In this document: positions 28,987-37,638 of the stretch, in pieces | Layout: every line of letters begins with the position of its first letter | How positions within the stretch are numbered: position 1 is the first letter of the stretch | Source of the DNA: a bacterium | Lineage (GTDB): Bacteria; SAR324; XYD2-FULL-50-16; G965216635 | Direction: 5' to 3' | Assembly (NCBI GenBank): GCA_965216635.1 | Contig: OZ244188.1 | Span: 736,001-800,000 of the forward strand | Length of the DNA: 64,000 bases | The notes under the pieces: generated by a model | Seen by the model: the letters and a program-made list of their open reading frames with translations, nothing else | Told to the model about the DNA's origin: nothing | Databases searched by the model: none | Position numbers and translations under genes: made by a program

Positions 28987-30282
28987 ATGAAAAATTTAAA
29001 AAGAGCTTTCAAAGGGAGCATAAGGCAAATGCCTCTTAAAAATTATAAGGCAAAAGTAGCTCACGCTGGTTTTCAGGGGGCGAGTTTTCGTGGGGCGTTC
29101 CAATGGACAGTCCTGCTAGGTGTGATTCTGTTTGCTTCCCTATTTGTAGGGAAGGGGATGCTGCAAGCACAGGACAGACAGCAGGGTTGGTTTGTGGGGG
29201 TTAGTCCTTTTGTTTCGGGTTTTGAGATAACGACAGAAACTAGCAATATTAGGACAACAACAACAAAAGAGGAGGTATCTGCAAATATTGAGATCACAGC
29301 AGTGAGCAATAGCTATGCAGGTGCAACATTTGATACTTCACTAAGTGGTATTGCTTTTATTTCTAATACCGTTTCTTTGCAGACTTGGACAAGTACCCCA
29401 AATGGGCTCAGCGGAGCGTCACAGGATGAGGGAATTGAGGATGCTAAAACCATCTGTAAGTTAGGAAGTGAGGATGAATCTATAAATACAATCTACTCTT
29501 TAGATGTAACTCGTGGAAAATTAAGTACGTTTACTAATTCATACTTGACAAGCCTTGGTCTAGAAAGAAATAATTTATGTAAAGACATGTTTACTGAGCT
29601 AGGTTTTGGTAGTATCGGTGACATAGTAACAACTAGCACTAGAGATGTTGATGACGCTCCTACTATTTCTAGCCCCAATTTTTCACGGACTGATTCGCTA
29701 GGCGGCTACGGAATCCTGTTTGGTTACAACTTGGAAAAATGGGGAGTCTCTTTGCAGTACTACGCTTTAACAGAAGGAAACAACAGGCTCAACTCTGTAA
29801 TTGCGGTTGCGAATTATTTTCTGCCCTACGGGTTTTCTGTAGGCGCTGGTTTGGCTAATTTGGCTTTGGATACTGACTTAGGTTCAACGTCCAAAACAGC
29901 TCCAGCGGTACAGTTTGGTTACGCCTACTCCATAACCAAAAACCTTTTCCTAGAAGCAGGTGCTCTTTGGACTGGAAGCTCTCTTTCAGTAGAAAAAAAT
30001 GTTGTAGTCTCAACAACAACACCAACCTACAAAATAGTATATGATGAAGCTACGAATACTGATACAAAGAGAGAAAATTCTTTGGTTCTTGGATTAAACC
30101 CAAATAACAGGCTTGATGCTAATGGTTCCCCAGATAATAGGATAGAGGTTACCCGAACCCAAACAAAAACGGAAACCAGAAGAGGCAATGTGCGAAGCAC
30201 AACCACCAATACAGAGCATCGTGCAATCAAGGTGAAATCCACGAATGCTATTTATATCCGCTTCGTGCTTCGCTTTTTTTAA
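28987..30282 (+). CDS. Outer-membrane beta-barrel-like protein with large inserted loops
   Basis: Signal peptide; QGWFVGV first strand, GYGILFGY, VQFGYAY, terminal Phe; resembles 43805-44473. Confidence 0.65.
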   Translation: MKNLKRAFKGSIRQMPLKNYKAKVAHAGFQGASFRGAFQWTVLLGVILFASLFVGKGMLQAQDRQQGWFVGVSPFVSGFEITTETSNIRTTTTKEEVSANIEITAVSNSYAGATFDTSLSGIAFISNTVSLQTWTSTPNGLSGASQDEGIEDAKTICKLGSEDESINTIYSLDVTRGKLSTFTNSYLTSLGLERNNLCKDMFTELGFGSIGDIVTTSTRDVDDAPTISSPNFSRTDSLGGYGILFGYNLEKWGVSLQYYALTEGNNRLNSVIAVANYFLPYGFSVGAGLANLALDTDLGSTSKTAPAVQFGYAYSITKNLFLEAGALWTGSSLSVEKNVVVSTTTPTYKIVYDEATNTDTKRENSLVLGLNPNNRLDANGSPDNRIEVTRTQTKTETRRGNVRSTTTNTEHRAIKVKSTNAIYIRFVLRFF

Positions 30283-30305
30283 AAATCTGTAGAGAAAAGC
30301 CCTGA

Positions 30306-30363
30306 GTAGAGACCAGAGAGTAGAGACTAGAGATTAGAGACTAGAGACTAGAGAGTCTCTACT
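30306..30363. repeat. 7-nt TAGAGAC-type microsatellite closed by inverted GTCTCTACT (possible terminator)
   Basis: AGTAGAGAC...(TAGAGAY)n...GTCTCTACTTTT. Confidence 0.7.
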
Positions 30364-30399
30364 TTTGCTATTTGCTATTTTTAGACCTTTGAACTATAA

Positions 30400-30568
30400 T
30401 AGACCTTTGAATTAGCGTTCTGTTTAGCCTATGCAGCGTTAAAAAAAAATTTTAACTCTTGAAATACTTCAGTATTCCAGCGAGCTAAAATTTTTTTTTG
30501 CACCTGTTCTAACTATTTGGCTAGCCGTCACAGCTGGTTTTGTCCTATTTGGCAAATTCAAAGGTCTA
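30400..30568. mobile_element. MITE-like element, copy 5 (extra left-end stub at 30382-30393)
   Basis: TAGACCTTTGAATTAGC...GCAAATTCAAAGGTCTA. Confidence 0.85.
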
Positions 30569-30574
30569 TATAAG

Positions 30575-30910
30575 TTATTTATTTTGTGGAAATAGAGACT
30601 TACCTACAGTCAGCCAAAATCCAAATATAGCAAGTGAAACAGAGCCTAATAATACAGAAAATTGCCAATCACTCAATTTACTACCAAAATGGCATATAGG
30701 TAGTACAAATTGTAAAACTGTCACTATACATAAGAAAACCACCCAATACTTAGTTACTTGAAAGGCTTTCAAGGCATAATGATCCTTCAAAACAATGTTT
30801 TGAAATCTTTCTATTATATGAATCAGTTCATCTGTCGGTTCTGATGTAACAATCATTGTTTCAACTTTTTTTTCTAGTGTGTTTGTGATGTTTTTGAATT
30901 TAATGTTCAT
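30575..30910 (-). CDS. Small two-TM membrane protein, candidate toxin of the Panacea module
   Basis: Overlaps the antitoxin stop; two hydrophobic C-terminal helices. Confidence 0.55.
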   Translation of the reverse strand: MNIKFKNITNTLEKKVETMIVTSEPTDELIHIIERFQNIVLKDHYALKAFQVTKYWVVFLCIVTVLQFVLPICHFGSKLSDWQFSVLLGSVSLAIFGFWLTVGKSLFPQNK

Positions 30911-31373
30911 ACTTATCTAGGAAAACTTTATAATATTCTTTAATAAATTTTTTATCTATAATTTTATTTCTCGTTCCATTGTAATAAAGAGACCAAGGCG
31001 TACCTATTTGATGTGTTAATTTTATTAAAGCAACTCCATTGACACCATTATACACTCTCCAAACCGCACTTAACAATTCACTGATTTCTGAGTTTTTCTC
31101 TTTTATTTTCTCTTCTGTAGCATCTTTATCTTGAATACGTCCATCTTTAATTTTTTTGTCTTTAAATCTATGATAAATTTCAGGTATTACAGGACCATAT
31201 TCCCACGCCTGTACTTCTTCCTTAAATAAATCAAAGCTTTCTATACCTAGACAAAACCCTAAAGCAAGATAAACTAATTTATTTAGTTTTAAATTATCTA
31301 CATCTCTATTATTAGGTTGCCTGATAAAAAAATTTGCAACCGCTAAAGAATTTTGTTGTTTTAGTTTATTCAT
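30900..31373 (-). CDS. Panacea-domain (DUF4065/GepA/SocA-like) antitoxin
   Basis: VANFFI, LKLNKLVY, EVQAWEYGPVIPEIY, LTHQ..TPW. Confidence 0.88.
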   Translation of the reverse strand: MNKLKQQNSLAVANFFIRQPNNRDVDNLKLNKLVYLALGFCLGIESFDLFKEEVQAWEYGPVIPEIYHRFKDKKIKDGRIQDKDATEEKIKEKNSEISELLSAVWRVYNGVNGVALIKLTHQIGTPWSLYYNGTRNKIIDKKFIKEYYKVFLDKYEH

Positions 31374-31433
31374 TGTTTTTTTAAAGTTTATGAGTTGTTT
31401 ATAGGTTACCCTTTTTCCTATAAATTACTTATA

Positions 31434-31708
31434 TAGACTTTTGAATTTGCGTTCTGTTTAGCCTATGCAGCGAGCTAAAAATTTTTAACTTTTGAAATAC
31501 TCTCTTATTGCATAAGATAAAGTAAAGGATATAGTAAAAGAGCCACTGGCTCTTTTACATTTCTTTTTGGGATTATGCAAGTTTTGTAGTGCCTGGTCAC
31601 ATTATTGTGGCACTACGATATTCCAGTGAGCTAAAAAAAAATTGCACTTTTCTAACCATTTGGCTAGCCCCAATAGTGGGGTAAGCATAACGCAAATTCA
31701 AAGGTCTA
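31434..31708. mobile_element. MITE-like element, copy 6
   Basis: TAGACTTTTGAATTTGC...GCAAATTCAAAGGTCTA; hairpin at 31534-31558. Confidence 0.88.
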
Positions 31709-31889
31709 TTATATCATCTCATTGTTGGTGTTTAATATTGATTTACTAAAAATACAATAAAAATAATATTATTACAACTAATAATTTTTTTAATGATACT
31801 TATTTTATATCTGAGAATATATAATTCGCTAAACTTTAAAATTAAAGTAAAAAAATAAAAAATATTTTTCTCCGAATAAATATCTTGAC

Positions 31890-31998
31890 TAGACCTTTGA
31901 ATTTGTGTTATGTGACGGCTAGGCAAGTCTAAAAAAATTTTTAGCTCGCTGTATAGGCTAAACAGCTGGTTTTGTCCTATTTGGCAAATTCAAAAATC
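31890..31998. mobile_element. MITE-like element, copy 7 (short)
   Basis: TAGACCTTTGAATTTG...GGCAAATTCAAAAATC. Confidence 0.8.
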
Positions 31999-32059
31999 GT
32001 ATGACTTTTTTAGTATTTTAGTTTACTATAAATCACCTATTAAACAAAAAAACCTAAAT

Positions 32060-32887
32060 ATGAAACTCCCAATCAATTTTAAATCAGCCAAGTATTTTAC
32101 CAAGCATTTTACCAAGTATTTTACTAGGCATTTAAGACTAGCTATATTTTTTGTCTTGCTTTTTGCTGGCTGTGCCGAATTAGACAAGATAATCAAAGAA
32201 ATAGAGATAAAACCCATAGAACCTTCCACAAAGCAAACTCAACCAAAAAACCAACCAGCAAAAAAGCAAAATACAGCAAAAATCCTTGATTTAAAAACTG
32301 TCATTAAAAATAATGCTAAAGAAAGGGCTACAAAAACTACAGCACAACAAAAACTCATATCCCTCCATAGCCTTGTTATTACAGATACAGTCGTTGTTAC
32401 AGATGTATTAGCTTATAGAAGTTCCACTTCTAAAGATAGTTGTAAGAATTATTTGCTTTTTATAGAACAAACCACTGAGACAGATCTTCGTGCAAAGGCT
32501 CGTGTATCCGACAATGGCAATCAATGTATTTACGAAGAGTTTTTTGGATCAGAGTCTAAAAAAACAACCCATATTAAACCTACAAAAAGATACAAAGTTT
32601 TCACACAAAGTAGCACCAAAGAAGAGCAAGCAAATCTAGCAACAGCTAATAACTATGCCTTGATTTTTCTTTCTAATCTAAAACCACCTGCTTCTCAAAG
32701 CCTAAACAATTATCACAGGTCTTTTCAAAATTTACCCAAAGGGGTAAAAATAAAAATTCTAGCCAAAATACAAAATAAAAAAGTGAGTATTGCTACCCAG
32801 TCTTTTGCAAAAAAAGCAAGTAATATCAATATTTTCGATGATAATATTTTTTATCTCACAGTCTTATCTTGGCAAGTTGTTAAATAA
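32060..32887 (+). CDS. Hypothetical lipoprotein
   Basis: Lipobox LFAGC; 12-nt repeat x4 at 32088-32135 in the leader. Confidence 0.65.
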   Translation: MKLPINFKSAKYFTKHFTKYFTRHLRLAIFFVLLFAGCAELDKIIKEIEIKPIEPSTKQTQPKNQPAKKQNTAKILDLKTVIKNNAKERATKTTAQQKLISLHSLVITDTVVVTDVLAYRSSTSKDSCKNYLLFIEQTTETDLRAKARVSDNGNQCIYEEFFGSESKKTTHIKPTKRYKVFTQSSTKEEQANLATANNYALIFLSNLKPPASQSLNNYHRSFQNLPKGVKIKILAKIQNKKVSIATQSFAKKASNINIFDDNIFYLTVLSWQVVK

Positions 32888-32910
32888 ATAACTTAGGAAT
32901 TCTAGTTCGT

Positions 32911-33555
32911 CTATACTGAGGTATTTAAAGCTTGTTTTAGAAGAGTAATATCTTTAATACCCGCAGATATTTCAAAACAGCTATTTAAATCTAAAGCTTG
33001 AATTTTTAGTCCATCAAAACTAGGGATTTTGTTTATATTTTCTAAACTTAAGCCTCCACTCAAAAAAACAGGCAAGTTATCTTTATATTTTCGTAACAAA
33101 TTCCAATCAAAAGATAACCCAAGACCTCCATATTTTTCTTTATTTTCTCCTTTTCCTTTGGTATCAAAGAGAAAATAATCTACTATTTTCTTGTAAAGAT
33201 TTAGGATAGGGAAATCAAAATTTTCTCCTATACCAAAAGCCTTAATTACCAGCACTCCTAAATTTTTTATCTGCTCACAAAAATCTGGGCTTTCATCTCC
33301 GTGTAGTTGAATCAGAGAAAAGTGATGTCTTTTGATTTTTGATTCAATTTCTTGCAAACTCGCATTTACAAAAATTCCAACTTTTTGGATTTTTGGGAAA
33401 TTTTCAAGTATATCTATGTAATTTTCTTGTTTTACGAACCTAGGAGATTTTTTATAAAAAATAAAACCCATATAATCAGGAGCTAATTCGGCTACTTGCC
33501 TGATATTTTCAGCAAAACAGTTGCCGCAAATTTTAATTTTGGTTGCTTGCATCAA
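32911..33555 (-). CDS. trpF: Phosphoribosylanthranilate isomerase
   Basis: KIKICG, GFIFYKKSPR, IQLHGDE, FLFDT, LSGGL. Confidence 0.95.
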   Translation of the reverse strand: MMQATKIKICGNCFAENIRQVAELAPDYMGFIFYKKSPRFVKQENYIDILENFPKIQKVGIFVNASLQEIESKIKRHHFSLIQLHGDESPDFCEQIKNLGVLVIKAFGIGENFDFPILNLYKKIVDYFLFDTKGKGENKEKYGGLGLSFDWNLLRKYKDNLPVFLSGGLSLENINKIPSFDGLKIQALDLNSCFEISAGIKDITLLKQALNTSV

Positions 33556-34345
33556 GATCTATTAGTAATTGTTTTAAACTTTGAGCAGGGTTTTTTGTTT
33601 TCATAAAGGTTTCGCCTATTAAAAATCCGTCAAAACCTATTTTTTTTAATCGCAAAATATCTGCGGGTTTTTGCAAGCCACTTTCGGAAAGTCTGCAATA
33701 ATTAACAGGGATTTTTTCTATTAAATCTAAAGAATTTTGAATAGACACTTCAAAAGTTTTCAAATTGCGATTGTTGACTCCTACAAGATTGATTTCTGGA
33801 AATAAATATTTTTCTAATTCTTCCAAAGAATGCACCTCTAGTAATACTTCCAATTCTAAACTCCTTGCAAATTGGGCTAATTTACGCAATTTTTGAGGAG
33901 TCAAAGCAGCAGCAATGAGTAAAATAGCGTCTGCACCAATAGAGCGAGCTTCTACTATTTGGTAGTTTTCTATAATAAAATCTTTTTGTAAAATAGGAAT
34001 ACTCGTCACCTTCCTTACTTCTGTTAGATAGGTTTTTTTGCCTGCAAAATAGGTTTCATCGGTCAATACAGAAATAGCAGCAGCCCCTACTTCTTCGTAG
34101 CCTGTGCCTAACAATCTGGCTATTTGCAAGGAGTCCTTCTTGGAGTGAATTATACCTTTAGAAGGAGATCTAAACTTAATTTCGGCTAAAATAGCCAATT
34201 TTTTCTGATAAATACTTTGAGATAGAGAAAATCTATCTTTTTTATATTCGGATGAGTTCTCTAAAGATATAAGAGAAATTTTATTTTGGCGATAAACCAC
34301 TTCTTTTTTTGTATTGGCAATGATTTTTTCTAAAATATCCATCAT
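33533..34345 (-). CDS. trpC: Indole-3-glycerol phosphate synthase
   Basis: AEIK.RSPSKG, ISVLTD, KDFII, GVNNRNL, SESG. Confidence 0.95.
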   Translation of the reverse strand: MMDILEKIIANTKKEVVYRQNKISLISLENSSEYKKDRFSLSQSIYQKKLAILAEIKFRSPSKGIIHSKKDSLQIARLLGTGYEEVGAAAISVLTDETYFAGKKTYLTEVRKVTSIPILQKDFIIENYQIVEARSIGADAILLIAAALTPQKLRKLAQFARSLELEVLLEVHSLEELEKYLFPEINLVGVNNRNLKTFEVSIQNSLDLIEKIPVNYCRLSESGLQKPADILRLKKIGFDGFLIGETFMKTKNPAQSLKQLLIDLDASNQN

Positions 34346-34565
34346 AAAACAATTAAAAAGTTACCTTAAATGATTCCACCCATCTTAAAAAAGTGAAGAA
34401 TAAGTAAAAACTAACCCAAAATAAAATAAAATTTTTAGCTTAATTTTTTTTTTTTGGTATAAATATTGTTAGACTCTTGTGTGTTGTATAATATATTACT
34501 TGACAAGTTTTATATAATAAATTAAAACTATTAGACAAAGGTCTAAATTATTCTAAAATAAACTT

Positions 34566-35453
34566 ATGGAAATCAAAAGAGAAGCTATGAACGATATAGA
34601 CACACACCCTCCAACGGGTTACCCTTCTAAAAAAAAGAAGTATAAAATAGAAAAAGGAAGACTATCTGTTTTTATTATCGGTGGTTTTTTGCTCCTTTTT
34701 TTAGGTTTGCTTACTTTTGAATTTCGTTATCTTGCATTTGACGACAATACTTTTTTAGGTGGATCCCAAAAATCTAATCAAGATACCTACCAATCTAACA
34801 AAGATAATACTAAAAAATTTAGTATTTTGGGATTTTTCAAAAAAGAAGACAGCGAGGACAAAAAAACGACTAGCGAACTCAATAAACCTACAGATAAGGC
34901 AGATAGTTTTATAAAAAAACTTTTTGGTGATAGGTTCATTAGTTTTTTTTCTAAAAAAAATGACGAACAAGAACTTGAAATTGCTCCTGAATCCCCAGAA
35001 CTACTTGAGATTGCTCCTGAATCCCCAGAACTACTTGAGACTGCTCCTGAATCCCCAGAATTAGTGGAAAAATCTCAAAGTGAGTTTTTTGATGACACGG
35101 TTGTTGGTGAAACTGTTAATAAAGGGCAATATAAGTATAGTCTACAAATAATGGCAATAGAAGAAGAATATAAATCAAAGGCTTTAAATATCACAAAAAA
35201 ATTAGTTAAAGAAGGCTACCAAGCCTATACATACAAAACTCCTGTAAAAATAGTCTCTGATACCTACCCTAACGGCAAATATTTTTATAGAATTAGAGTG
35301 GGTTTTTTCCAAACTAAAAATGAGGCGAAAAGAATTGGCGACAAAATATTCCAAACTAATGCTTCATTCCCCCAAAATTACTATGCAACTGAAGCGGAAA
35401 GTGGCGAGTACGACGGTGAGATTATAACTTACGGATTCCAGAAAAATCCATAG
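34566..35453 (+). CDS. Membrane-anchored SPOR-domain protein
   Basis: One TM helix, low-complexity linker, YSLQI...YRIRVGFF. Confidence 0.75.
   Translation: MEIKREAMNDIDTHPPTGYPSKKKKYKIEKGRLSVFIIGGFLLLFLGLLTFEFRYLAFDDNTFLGGSQKSNQDTYQSNKDNTKKFSILGFFKKEDSEDKKTTSELNKPTDKADSFIKKLFGDRFISFFSKKNDEQELEIAPESPELLEIAPESPELLETAPESPELVEKSQSEFFDDTVVGETVNKGQYKYSLQIMAIEEEYKSKALNITKKLVKEGYQAYTYKTPVKIVSDTYPNGKYFYRIRVGFFQTKNEAKRIGDKIFQTNASFPQNYYATEAESGEYDGEIITYGFQKNP
34974..35063 (+). repeat. Intragenic 30-nt tandem repeat x3 (LEIAPESPEL)
   Basis: Visible in both DNA and protein. Confidence 0.9.
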
Positions 35454-35542
35454 CATAGATTATGTCTTGATTGGATTCAAACAAAATCTAGGCAAGGCAA
35501 ATTGTTTTTTTAACGCAGCTTAGACAAAGTATAATGTTTAAT

Positions 35543-36724
35543 TCATGTTGCATAGTCGGCATTAATACTAACATACTCTTTAGAGAGATCGCACCCCCAT
35601 CCTGTTAATTCGCTTTTACCGTCCAACATATCTATTTCTAAATTTATCTCAAATTTTTTCATTTTTTGTTTTAATTTTTTCTCATCAAATTTTACAGGAG
35701 CGTTTTTCTTAAAAATCAGACAATCCTGAATTTTAATATTTGCGGGAATAAAATTATCCAGTTCTTGTTCGGCTAAAGCATTGCCTAATGCCATAATTAG
35801 ACGCCCCCAATTAGGATTTTCGCCGTGTATACAGCATTTTATTAGAGGAGAATTTAAAATTTTTTGCAAAATACTACGAGCTACTTTAAGATTACTAGCT
35901 CTTTTTACTTTTAATTCTATTAAATGTTTTGCTCCTTCGCCATCTGCAGCTATTTTTTTACTCAAATCTTGAGCAACTTCTAAAAGACATCTAATAGCCT
36001 CTTGTTTTGCTTGTTTAGATATATTTTGTGATTTTTGAGAGTAGGCACTCAACAAATAAAAACTATCGCTTGTAGAAGTATCTCCGTCTACTGTGACGCA
36101 GTTAAAACTTTGAGATCCTATTAGCTGAGTAATCATTTGAATTTCGGAGAGAGCAAAAGGAAAATCAGTTATAATATACGCCAGCATAGTAGCCATATTG
36201 GGAGCAATCATTCCCGAACCTTTGGCAATACCTACAATAGAATATTTTTTTCTAGAGACAGAAAAACTTTTATCAGAAATTTTAATTTTTAAATCTGTAG
36301 TCGTGATAGCACTGGCAAAATTTTTGGGATTAGCAGAAAGTGTATTTTGTAAAGAAGGTATGGCTTTTTCTATTTTTTGGATATTAGGAGCCTCGCCAAT
36401 TATACCAGTTGCCGAAGTTAATATACGATTTGTTGGAATTTTTAAGTTTTTACTAGCGACTTTTAGAATAGTTTTATTAGCAAGAATTCCTTGCTTGCCC
36501 ATACCCGCAATAGATTGCCCTGAATTAACCAAAACCGCCTGTATATTTTGACTAGGTAAAATTTCTCTACCGTAAAGAACATGCGGAGAAGGATAGCGAT
36601 TTTGAGTAAATATACCCCCCACAACACAAGGCTTTGAGCAAAAAATAAGACCCAAATCTAGTTTCTTGCTTTGCTTTAATCCTGCAGAGACGCCAGCGAA
36701 AAAAAAATCATTCAAAGGTCTCAT
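35543..36724 (-). CDS. argJ: Glutamate N-acetyltransferase / ornithine acetyltransferase
   Basis: AKGSGMIAPNMATML, VDGDTSTSD, DGEGA, NWGR, WGCDLS..YV.INA.Y. Confidence 0.95.
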   Translation of the reverse strand: MRPLNDFFFAGVSAGLKQSKKLDLGLIFCSKPCVVGGIFTQNRYPSPHVLYGREILPSQNIQAVLVNSGQSIAGMGKQGILANKTILKVASKNLKIPTNRILTSATGIIGEAPNIQKIEKAIPSLQNTLSANPKNFASAITTTDLKIKISDKSFSVSRKKYSIVGIAKGSGMIAPNMATMLAYIITDFPFALSEIQMITQLIGSQSFNCVTVDGDTSTSDSFYLLSAYSQKSQNISKQAKQEAIRCLLEVAQDLSKKIAADGEGAKHLIELKVKRASNLKVARSILQKILNSPLIKCCIHGENPNWGRLIMALGNALAEQELDNFIPANIKIQDCLIFKKNAPVKFDEKKLKQKMKKFEINLEIDMLDGKSELTGWGCDLSKEYVSINADYAT

Positions 36725-37524
36725 TTGTTCCAGCGAAAAAAATTAGTCAAAAAATTCCCTTGTCCCTTATCTTGATGTTCTACATAAAATTGTTGCATAA
36801 TTTTTTGAATTTGCTGAGTTGTAATGCCTCTAGGCTCATAAGAAATAATAAGCTCACGAGCCTGAATAGCTTTAGAAATATTAGGGTTTTCCTCAATATA
36901 GCCTAAATATTTGAGTTGAAAATCTAGCTGACTAATTTCACCCGCTACATGATTGAATCTTTTAAAAAGCTGTAAAGAAGCACTCTTATAGCAACGGTTG
37001 TAGATAATACTAAATTTTTTCACATTATAGTGTAAATACATAGTTTTCATTAAAGCAAAAGCATCTGTAATAGAAGTAGGCTCAGGGTTGATAATCACAA
37101 TAATTTCGTCTGCAGATGCATTCATTCTTAAAATAGAGTCGTGGATACCCGCACTAGTATCTATAAATAAAAAATCATATCTTGGCAAAATTTTACCCAC
37201 TTCTTCTATCAAGTAAAGCAGTTGCTCCGCTGTTAAAGCGGTGATTTCTTTAATTCCAGAAACTCCAGGTATGATATGAAAGTGATCCTCTAAACCTTCA
37301 TATTTATAAATAGTTTGTTCTAAACTAAATTTATGCAGAAAAAAATCTAGAATATTATTTTTGATTTGAATATTCATCAAAATATCCACATTGGCTAAAC
37401 CAAAATCAGCGTCCAAAAGCAAAATTTTTTTACCCGAAACTGCCAACAACAAAGCCATGTTTGTAGCAATATTGGTTTTACCTACTCCTCCCTTACCGCT
37501 AGTGAAACTTATAGTTCTATACAA
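36721..37524 (-). CDS. flhG: MinD/FlhG(FleN)-like ATPase
   Basis: SGKGGVGKT, LDADFGLANVD, IDTSAGI, PEPTSITDA. Confidence 0.75.
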   Translation of the reverse strand: MYRTISFTSGKGGVGKTNIATNMALLLAVSGKKILLLDADFGLANVDILMNIQIKNNILDFFLHKFSLEQTIYKYEGLEDHFHIIPGVSGIKEITALTAEQLLYLIEEVGKILPRYDFLFIDTSAGIHDSILRMNASADEIIVIINPEPTSITDAFALMKTMYLHYNVKKFSIIYNRCYKSASLQLFKRFNHVAGEISQLDFQLKYLGYIEENPNISKAIQARELIISYEPRGITTQQIQKIMQQFYVEHQDKGQGNFLTNFFRWNK

Positions 37525-37638
37525 AATAAAATTTATTGTGAAAAAAAAAAATTGATGTTATAATGGATATTATCCTAAACAAAGAAAAATATGAACAGTT
37601 AGAGAACAAAATTATCTCAAAATCTTAATTTATAAACA

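Noticed and set aside
28380..31998. Palindromic repeats as integron attC sites
   Set aside because: No RYYYAAC/GTTRRRY ends, no intI, and copies are scattered among core genes in both orientations
35488..35525. Possible decayed MITE fragment (CTAGGCAAGGCAAA...), also near 2220-2237
   Set aside because: Too short and lacks termini; not counted as copies
36721..37524. flhG-like gene as evidence of a flagellar cluster
   Set aside because: No other flagellar genes in the window
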